The notes beneath the pieces are model-generated. The model saw nothing but the letters and a program-made list of their open reading frames with translations. It did no database searches and was not told the origin of the DNA. Positions 16,038 to 22,398 of a stretch of 22,398 bases of DNA are shown here, in pieces. A program made the position numbers and the translations under genes. Origin of the DNA: Candidatus Zixiibacteriota bacterium (lineage in GTDB: Bacteria; Zixibacteria; MSB-5A5; GN15; FEB-12); the NCBI GenBank assembly GCA_041742355.1, contig JBGSIV010000308.1, forward strand, positions 1 through 22,398, given 5' to 3'. Position 1 is the stretch's first letter. Each line of letters opens with the position of its first letter.

Positions 16038-17504
16038 CTACTTCTTCTTCGGCGCCGGATCGGGCATCGGTTCATCGATGCCGGCCAGCTTCCGCGCGAT
16101 CTCGACTTTCTTCTCCAGGTCGGCGGCCCCACGAATCACCAGTTTGGCGCCATCGGGCGAACCGCCGCCGTGCATGCACCCCGGCACACCGCCGCCGATC
16201 GTGCACCACTCCACCAGCCGGGCCGCCCTGGTACGAGTTTCGGCCGACGATTTCGCTTTCATGTACTTCTTGATCAGGTGCCCGTACTTCGTCGATTGGA
16301 AATCCTTCCAGCTCGGCATGCAACCGGTCTCGGCGATACCGCCGGCGATATCCTGCGCAATCACCGAGGTCTCGTACGGCAAGGTCGCCACGTGCACTTT
16401 GTTCACGTTCGACAGGAGCGGATCGCACAACCACGCCCCCGACGGATGCTTCTTCCCCATGGCCGCCGCGGCGATACCCATACCGTAGGTCGTTTCGTTG
16501 TTGATGTGCATCTGCACGATCTTGTCGGCGAAGACCTTCGAAGAAAGGCCGTTTGCCCGCGCGGTGAGAATCGCCGAGCCGATCTTGATATCTCCCTGCC
16601 CCGCGACACAGCCGCCGATGGCGGAGCGGTAGGGCATGATGAAATTGCCGACCGTCTTGCCGGAGTACTGGCATTCGCCGAGCATGAAGACGCGTTCGGT
16701 CGGCACAAAGACATCTTCGAAGAGCAGGAAGGCCTGGGTGATCCCGCCTTCGGTGATCGGGTTGTCCCAGCCGGCTTCGTAGTCACGGTCATCGGAGGGG
16801 TGACGTGTTTCGACGATGGTCAGGCCCTCGATGTCGCGGGGGACAACAAAGGAGAGGCTGTAAGCGGCGTCTTCTTCCTTGTAGGCGCTGCCGGGCAGGA
16901 CGAAGATCTCCTGGGCGGCGGCGACGCCGCAGATCATGACTTTCGCCCCGCGCACGATGATACCGTCGGGGCGCTTCTCCACCACGCGCAGGAACATGTC
17001 GGGGTCTTCCTGCTCGTGGGGCTTGAGGGTGCGGTCCCCCTTGGGGTCAGTCAACGCTCCGGAAATCGTGATATCCCGCGCCTGGGCGTCTTTCAGCCAC
17101 GCGAGGAGGCGCTGGTGGTAATCGGTGCCGTACTCCTTGTCCATCTCCCAGGTTGTGATGAACATGGCGTTGAGCGCGGTCCATCCGGCGCACCGTCCGC
17201 CGGTGCACGTGCCGGTCAGGTGGAACATGAGCCGTTTCATCGCCGAGTTGGCGTACATGTCCTCAGCACTCTGAATAATCGAGAGGTACCGGCTGATCGG
17301 CTCGCCGGTGAGGTGAGAAACGGCCGTGACTTTCGATTTGAGCTCCGGGTCAGCGGAAGCCTTAAAGGTCCAACCGTGCCCTTCGACGGTGCGTTTTGTC
17401 GCAGGGTGGGTGGTGACATCGGTAATGAGTTCGTCGAACTTGTATATGTTCGGACGCATCTTCTTCAGCGATGCGATGTACTGATCGTAGGTCTTGAGCG
17501 CCAT
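16038..17504 (-). CDS. 4-hydroxybutyryl-CoA dehydratase (AbfD)/HpaB-family Fe-S flavoprotein, divergent
   Basis: End-to-end resemblance to AbfD: GALTDPKGDR, FLRVVEKRPDGIIVRGAK, FEDVFVP, GGC, NET, DIAGG, MPS, MHGGGSP. RBS GGAGG. Confidence 0.88.
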   Translation of the reverse strand: MALKTYDQYIASLKKMRPNIYKFDELITDVTTHPATKRTVEGHGWTFKASADPELKSKVTAVSHLTGEPISRYLSIIQSAEDMYANSAMKRLMFHLTGTCTGGRCAGWTALNAMFITTWEMDKEYGTDYHQRLLAWLKDAQARDITISGALTDPKGDRTLKPHEQEDPDMFLRVVEKRPDGIIVRGAKVMICGVAAAQEIFVLPGSAYKEEDAAYSLSFVVPRDIEGLTIVETRHPSDDRDYEAGWDNPITEGGITQAFLLFEDVFVPTERVFMLGECQYSGKTVGNFIMPYRSAIGGCVAGQGDIKIGSAILTARANGLSSKVFADKIVQMHINNETTYGMGIAAAAMGKKHPSGAWLCDPLLSNVNKVHVATLPYETSVIAQDIAGGIAETGCMPSWKDFQSTKYGHLIKKYMKAKSSAETRTRAARLVEWCTIGGGVPGCMHGGGSPDGAKLVIRGAADLEKKVEIARKLAGIDEPMPDPAPKKK

Positions 17505-17543
17505 GAAACCTCCACAGAATTAGTCCTACTTTTCGCCAGACTC

Positions 17544-17572
17544 AATATAGGAGATTGTGAAAAAACGTACAA
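17544..17572 (-). promoter_or_regulatory. Sigma70-type promoter of the AbfD-like gene overlapped by a Rex/CRP-like operator
   Basis: Minus strand TTGTAC-N17-TATATT. The 18-bp TTGTGAA-AAAA-CGTACAA at 17555-17572 covers the -35. Confidence 0.6.
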
Positions 17573-17591
17573 GCGGAAAACAACCGGGCGT

Positions 17592-17627
17592 AACGACAAC
17601 GGCCGGATTCCGCAGGGAATCCGGCCG
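17592..17627 (-). terminator. Intrinsic terminator after the DOMON-like lipoprotein gene
   Basis: Perfect 12-bp stem CGGCCGGATTCC-gcag-GGAATCCGGCCG (17600-17627), followed on the - strand by TTGTCGTT. Confidence 0.7.
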
Positions 17628-17650
17628 CCGAATACGGTCTATGGGTGACC

Positions 17651-18649
17651 TCAATCGGGCGGGAGAATCAGCCAGAACTTCTGGCTGAACGCCCGGCTGG
17701 TCCCGCCGAGGTTGAAATCGTTCTGATTGTCAAACACGCCGATCATCACCTGCAGCGAATCCAGCGCAGCGAGATCGATATCGTCATCATACTGTGAAGC
17801 GATGGGCCCGCGGAAAACGACCCGGTATTCACTGGCGGCATCGTCGTACACGGAGATAGTCCGAACATCCCAGACACTGCCGCGCTGCTCGTCGGTGTGC
17901 GATGAGCCGACCAATGCAGTGTCGACCAACCATCCGGGGATGGTGTCACCGACTGTCCACCCGGTCGAGTTCACGAGATCGACTCGGGGCACGGCATCCT
18001 GCTGTGAAAGAACCGCTCCCTGAAATTCGGAGGAATCCTTCGGAAGATACTGTGGGATCGCGAGATTGAGTTCGCGATTTTCGATGGCGGCAGGCAGTGT
18101 GGCGGTGGCATTGGAATCGGTGATCAGCTCAGTTCCATCGTAGACCATCCCCCGCGCGACCATTGAACCCCCCGTGCGCAATGCCTGCCAGTTCCACACG
18201 TCGTAGTCATCGGTGAGAGGATCCTGGAACATCACATAGAGCTGATCCTCTTCGGCCAGCGTGTTGCGTTCAAAGGCAAGGGGCGGGCCCACGACGCTGA
18301 CGGTATAGTGTCCGGGGTAGGCGTCGTTGGTCGGGTCGGCCCACTGCACCCGCAGGTAGAGGTCCGTGCCGCTGATCAGCGCCTGAACCTGCATGGTCGT
18401 CGGTGTCGCCGATGCTTTGGGGACGCCGAGTTTCGGCAGGTTCGTACCGGCGACTGCCACGGTTGTCGAATCTATTCCGGCCCAGACATCCGCATCGGCA
18501 TCATCGAGCGGCGGCGGTTCCCCTACAATCTCTGCGACTACCCGCGGCGCGGTCGGATTATCGTCGCCGGTGCCGTTATCGTCGTCATCACCACATCCCG
18601 CAAACAATCCAAACGCCAGCAGCAGTGCGAACGGAGTTAACCATTTCAT
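17651..18649 (-). CDS. Lipoprotein with an EB_dh/DOMON-like (CBM9-like) beta-sandwich domain
   Basis: ATG 18649 after AGGAGGAG; lipobox FAG-C then GDDDD. Motifs P.LD....D.W, VQA....DLYLRVQWADPT, EDQLYVMF, DVWNWQALRT, YRVVFRGP and IGVFD. Confidence 0.65.
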   Translation of the reverse strand: MKWLTPFALLLAFGLFAGCGDDDDNGTGDDNPTAPRVVAEIVGEPPPLDDADADVWAGIDSTTVAVAGTNLPKLGVPKASATPTTMQVQALISGTDLYLRVQWADPTNDAYPGHYTVSVVGPPLAFERNTLAEEDQLYVMFQDPLTDDYDVWNWQALRTGGSMVARGMVYDGTELITDSNATATLPAAIENRELNLAIPQYLPKDSSEFQGAVLSQQDAVPRVDLVNSTGWTVGDTIPGWLVDTALVGSSHTDEQRGSVWDVRTISVYDDAASEYRVVFRGPIASQYDDDIDLAALDSLQVMIGVFDNQNDFNLGGTSRAFSQKFWLILPPD

Positions 18650-18699
18650 ATGCTCCTCCTTAACAAGTCCCGGTACTAACAAAGGAATTTCCGTACCTA

Positions 18700-18728
18700 A
18701 AGATACGCGGAGAAGAACCCCGGTGAAA
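18700..18728 (-). promoter_or_regulatory. Weak candidate promoter for the lipoprotein gene
   Basis: Minus strand TTCACC-N16-TATCTT. Confidence 0.25.
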
Positions 18729-18737
18729 GGGAAAACA

Positions 18738-20489
18738 TTACGGGCGGCGCTTCATGACGACCATGGTGAAGTCATCGGGGATGGGCCGCGATCCCGCCCA
18801 TTTCGAGACGGCATCGTGGATGATATCGACCAGCTCCTGGGATGATCTCCCCTGGTTGGCGCGCACGAGTCCCACCAGCCGGTCGAGACCATACTCGCGC
18901 CCGTCGTCATCGAAAACTTCGGTCACGCCGTCGGTGTAGAGCACGATCGTGTCGCCGGCGCCGATCCAGATCGGCCGTTCTTCGTACTGCGCGTTGGGCG
19001 CGACGCCGAGCACCTGGCCCCCCTCTTTGAGATACTCGACGGTTCCGTTGGCCCGCAGCAGGAACGGCAGGTTGTGCCCGCAGTTGGTGAAGGTAAAGAT
19101 GTGGTTGCGCGAGTCGAGGACGCCGTAAACGCCGGTGACGAAACTTCCCGCCTTGACCGACTCAAACACGAGATTGTTGACTTTCGAGGCGATGGTGCGG
19201 ATCGAGTAGTTGTTGCGAATTTCCGCGATCAGCGAGGCGCGGAAGAGAGCCATGATGAGGGCCGCGGGGATGCCTTTCCCGGAGACATCGGCGATCGCGA
19301 TACCGGTCTGGTAGTCGACGATCTCGATGAAGTCGTAGTAGTCGCCGCCGACCTGGCCGGAGGGCATGTTGCGGCCCGAGATGTCGTATCCGGGTACCGC
19401 CGGGTCTTCTTCGGGGAGAAACGTCTGCTGAATTTCACGGGCGATATTGAGCTGCTCTTCGATGCGCCGGCTGGCGAGGAGTTCATCGTGAAGGCGCGCC
19501 CGGTCGAGCGATACGGCGGCCTGGGCCGCGAAGGCCTGCAGGAGCGAGAGGTTCTCCGGCTTGTAGGCCCCGATGGTGTCGCTTTCAAGGTTTAACACGC
19601 CGATGACGCGATTGTTCAGCACCATCGGCACGACAATTTCGCTTTTGGTCGATTTCCGCGCGCTGACATAGCGGCGGTCGGACGAAACGTCGGAGACGAT
19701 GGCCGGCTCGCCGGTCGAGGCGACGTGGCCGATCAACCCCTGACCGATCTTCAGCTTAACGCGTTCATCCGATCCTTCCTCGACATACCCCTCGGTATAA
19801 ACTTCGCCGATCTCCTCGTTGGATTTGTCAATAACGAACACGCCGCCGGCATCGTATTGGACCGCCTGTTTGAGCGAGTGCAGGATTTCGCACAGGACTT
19901 CGCGCTGACCGATCAGGCTGGAGAGCTTTTTCCCGATCTCGAACAGCAGCTGCTTCTCCAGCGCCTCCCGCTTCGCCACCCGGTAGAGGTGGGCGTTGTC
20001 GATCGCCACAGCAATCTGGTTGGCCAGGCCGACCAGAATGTCAAGGTCAGCTTCGGTGAAGATGCCGTCGGTCTTGTTGATCGCCTCAACCACCCCAACC
20101 ATCTGGCCCCGGCCGATGAGGGGGACGGAGACGACGGATCGGATTTTGTCGCCGAAGTGTTCCTCGATGGCCGGATCGATGCGGGGGTCGCACGAGGCAT
20201 CGAGGACCAGTTCCGGTTCGCGGTGGCGGGCCACCCAGCCGAGCAAGCCGGCGCCGAATTCCCGTTGGAAGACGAGCATTTTGCAGTCGGCCCCACGCAC
20301 CATGCGGATGCGGATATCGGTGCGGTCGTGATCGACCCGGAAGAGGAGGGCGGCTTCACTAGAGAGGGCGGTGTTGACAAGACAGAGGACTTCTTCGATG
20401 AGCTTTTCGTACTCGAGTGTGCTGTTGAAAATCCGGGCCGCTTCGAGGAGCAGTTTTTCCGTGCGGGTGTGATTGCCTTGGTTGGTCAT
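18738..20489 (-). CDS. GAF-GAF-SpoIIE/RsbU (PP2C) serine phosphatase
   Basis: Two GAF domains (SVPL..VGVVEAINK; IVVPM..VIGVLNLES) and PP2C motifs VGGDYYD, IADVSGKGIPAA, GHN, YTDGVTE and DDFT. Confidence 0.93.
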   Translation of the reverse strand: MTNQGNHTRTEKLLLEAARIFNSTLEYEKLIEEVLCLVNTALSSEAALLFRVDHDRTDIRIRMVRGADCKMLVFQREFGAGLLGWVARHREPELVLDASCDPRIDPAIEEHFGDKIRSVVSVPLIGRGQMVGVVEAINKTDGIFTEADLDILVGLANQIAVAIDNAHLYRVAKREALEKQLLFEIGKKLSSLIGQREVLCEILHSLKQAVQYDAGGVFVIDKSNEEIGEVYTEGYVEEGSDERVKLKIGQGLIGHVASTGEPAIVSDVSSDRRYVSARKSTKSEIVVPMVLNNRVIGVLNLESDTIGAYKPENLSLLQAFAAQAAVSLDRARLHDELLASRRIEEQLNIAREIQQTFLPEEDPAVPGYDISGRNMPSGQVGGDYYDFIEIVDYQTGIAIADVSGKGIPAALIMALFRASLIAEIRNNYSIRTIASKVNNLVFESVKAGSFVTGVYGVLDSRNHIFTFTNCGHNLPFLLRANGTVEYLKEGGQVLGVAPNAQYEERPIWIGAGDTIVLYTDGVTEVFDDDGREYGLDRLVGLVRANQGRSSQELVDIIHDAVSKWAGSRPIPDDFTMVVMKRRP

Positions 20490-20522
20490 AGGCGCGTAAG
20501 GTAGCGAGTTGATTGCGCCGGG

Positions 20523-22397
20523 TCAATCGGTTTTGGGAGAGGCGGCCGACCGGATATACTGCGCCAGCTGAGGAAACAGCGTTACCCGCTCAGCCACCGC
20601 TTCTTCGGGGAAACCCTTCAGAAGGGCGTTCCGGAAGACCTCGGCCGCTTCCGCAAATCGCTGCCGGCTCAGGTAGTAGTCTCCCAGAAGCTGGAGAGCC
20701 GAGAGGGGGGCGCCGGGCAGTTCCGTGCATTGGCGGAGGTACTTCTCGAACATGTCCATGCGCTTGACAACCCGATAGACGTGGGCAAGGTTATAGGAGA
20801 TGGCGGCCTGATTCGGCTCTATGGAGAGGGCCTCCTCGAGGTTATCGATTGCGCGGTCAAAGTCACCCCGGTCGAAGTATAGGAGACCGAGGTTGGCCCG
20901 CGCCGAAGCCTCGTAGGGATTGAGGCCGAGGGCCGTCTGGAGGTGGACCAGCGCCGAGTCGTACTGCTTGTCCGCCAGGTACATCTCCCCCAGATTGCTC
21001 CAGCTTCCGGCAAGACGCGGGTTCATCTCGATGACGCGGTAGAACATCTCTTTCGCCTCCGCCCGGTGACCGGTTTCTTTCATCGTCCGGGCGTCCTGGA
21101 TCAACTTGGACTCGGGGAAATCGCGGAACCACTGCGCGTAGATGCTATCCCCGGTGGCCGTGTCACCGCGTTTATCGTAGTAGCTCATCAGGATCACCTG
21201 GGCATTGACACCGCGCCCGAAGTCGAGCTTGAGGAAGTTGGCAAACTGCGCCACACCGGCATCGGGCGTATTATGGATTGTCAACCGCCCAGCCACCGAG
21301 AACAGGCCAAGGACAACGAGGGCGATGAGGGCCTGCACCATACGTTGCCGCGGGAGTTCGAGACCAAGGATCACCAGCGCCACCAACGCGGCCAGCGGCA
21401 GGCCGACGAATGCGAACAAATCCCAGTCACGCCCCATTCCCAGTTTCGGATCGAACAGGAAGATCGCCGCCACGATTGCGGCGGTCGTGACCGCGAGGAA
21501 CTTGACGGCCGCATCTTTCCACACCGCCTTCCGCCCGGCGGCCAGCCAGACTGCGGCCGCAATGCCCAGCCCCGGCACCAACAGGATGAGCAGATTCAGC
21601 AGGTCGATCAGGTGGGCCGGCGCAAAGAGCGTGTAGTCATCGACCGTCCAGCGATCCGCGACGAGCGGCAGCAGCGCGAATTTGAAGAACAGGCTGCGTT
21701 CTTCGAAGACCGTAATGGCCCAGAGGCCTGCCGCGAAAAGCACTGCGAGGCCGATCAGTTTCGCCCGCAACGGGATTTGGGCAACCCGCCTTCCCAGGCG
21801 GGTGGGCGTCAGGAGCAGGTAGGCCGCCGCCGGGATCAGCGTCACCCCGAGGATGTGCATGACCACAGCCAAGCACAAGGGTAGCAGTATCCAATAGCGA
21901 GAGATCAGGCACCGCGAGGCGGCGATTCCGACCAGCACGAACAACCCCACCGAGAGGTTGAAGAGGGAGTAGTTCTCGACGTAGCCGAAGAACAGGACCA
22001 TGTAGCCGCCCGAGCAGAGGGCGAGTGCGAAGAGCAGGCGGTCGGCCCACCGGTCGAAGAAACGGCGGGAGGCTTCGAATACCGCCGCGACGAACAGGAC
22101 TCCCGCGCCGATCGAGAGGATGCGAAAACTGGTGAGCGCGGCTGTTTCACCGCCAGAGCCGACGAGATTCTTCACCCAGATATGCAGGAGCGATTCGCCG
22201 ATTTCCCGCGTCTTGACGAGCGGCCGGTCCGCCGCCAGCAGACTCAGCCCCGTGTAGCCGTCGCCGAGGAAATGCGTTTCGGTCCGGAATATCGTGAAGA
22301 GGATCCCGGCCACAAGGGCGGCGGCGGCCGGCACGAGGAAGCGGGACGGTCCGGCCGGGCCGGTCGCCTCGGCGGACCGTAGCCGAAGGATGGTTAT
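20523..22397 (-). CDS. Polytopic membrane protein (GT-C-like) with C-terminal TPR repeats; 5'-truncated
   Basis: The frame stays open to the window edge (...ITILRLRSAEATGPAGPSRFLVPAA...). About 10 hydrophobic segments, loop motifs LGDGY, GYVENY and RDWDLF, then about 5 TPRs (WSNLG, ARANLG, ISYNLA). Confidence 0.8.
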   Translation of the reverse strand: MTILRLRSAEATGPAGPSRFLVPAAAALVAGILFTIFRTETHFLGDGYTGLSLLAADRPLVKTREIGESLLHIWVKNLVGSGGETAALTSFRILSIGAGVLFVAAVFEASRRFFDRWADRLLFALALCSGGYMVLFFGYVENYSLFNLSVGLFVLVGIAASRCLISRYWILLPLCLAVVMHILGVTLIPAAAYLLLTPTRLGRRVAQIPLRAKLIGLAVLFAAGLWAITVFEERSLFFKFALLPLVADRWTVDDYTLFAPAHLIDLLNLLILLVPGLGIAAAVWLAAGRKAVWKDAAVKFLAVTTAAIVAAIFLFDPKLGMGRDWDLFAFVGLPLAALVALVILGLELPRQRMVQALIALVVLGLFSVAGRLTIHNTPDAGVAQFANFLKLDFGRGVNAQVILMSYYDKRGDTATGDSIYAQWFRDFPESKLIQDARTMKETGHRAEAKEMFYRVIEMNPRLAGSWSNLGEMYLADKQYDSALVHLQTALGLNPYEASARANLGLLYFDRGDFDRAIDNLEEALSIEPNQAAISYNLAHVYRVVKRMDMFEKYLRQCTELPGAPLSALQLLGDYYLSRQRFAEAAEVFRNALLKGFPEEAVAERVTLFPQLAQYIRSAASPKTD

Positions 22398-22398
22398 G

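Noticed and set aside
16170..17648. 492-aa plus-strand ORF antisense to the AbfD-like gene
   Set aside because: Shadow ORF. The minus-strand gene has the RBS, promoter, terminator and family motifs.
1..22398. CRISPR arrays, tRNA/rRNA, transposases, integrases, prophage or defence genes
   Set aside because: No regularly spaced repeats, cloverleaf/T-loop signatures or mobile-element motifs were seen on either strand by eye.

Overview
High-GC bacterial chromosomal window, probably from a diderm. A Zixibacteria/FCB-like origin is only a guess from gene content. No rRNA, tRNA, CRISPR or transposase is recognisable. Plus strand, in order: the disordered C-terminal tail of an unknown protein, then htpX, a CNNM/CorC-family protein, a DedA/YqaA protein, a CDF metal exporter, rlmD, a secreted DUF885 protein, a YtfI/YtfJ(GerW)-like pair, a signal-peptide-bearing Ni-superoxide dismutase (sodN) flanked by highly structured non-coding DNA, yajC-def-fmt-rng, a CYTH protein and an internally duplicated lipoprotein. 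Minus strand: a partial GT-C-like polytopic TPR protein, a GAF-GAF-PP2C phosphatase, an EB_dh/DOMON-like lipoprotein and a 4-hydroxybutyryl-CoA dehydratase (AbfD)-like Fe-S flavoprotein. Best leads: (1) the AbfD homologue keeps the three Fe-S cysteines but has replaced the other catalytic residues, and sits behind a promoter overlapped by a Rex/CRP-like box; (2) exported proteins are enriched in the Bacteroidetes-type D-(S/T)-(A/I/L/V/M/T) O-glycosylation sequon, near a GT-C/TPR gene; (3) SodN appears to be exported and SodX-independent; (4) there are two or three candidate structured RNAs around sodN. All family calls come from motif recognition by eye, with no database searches.
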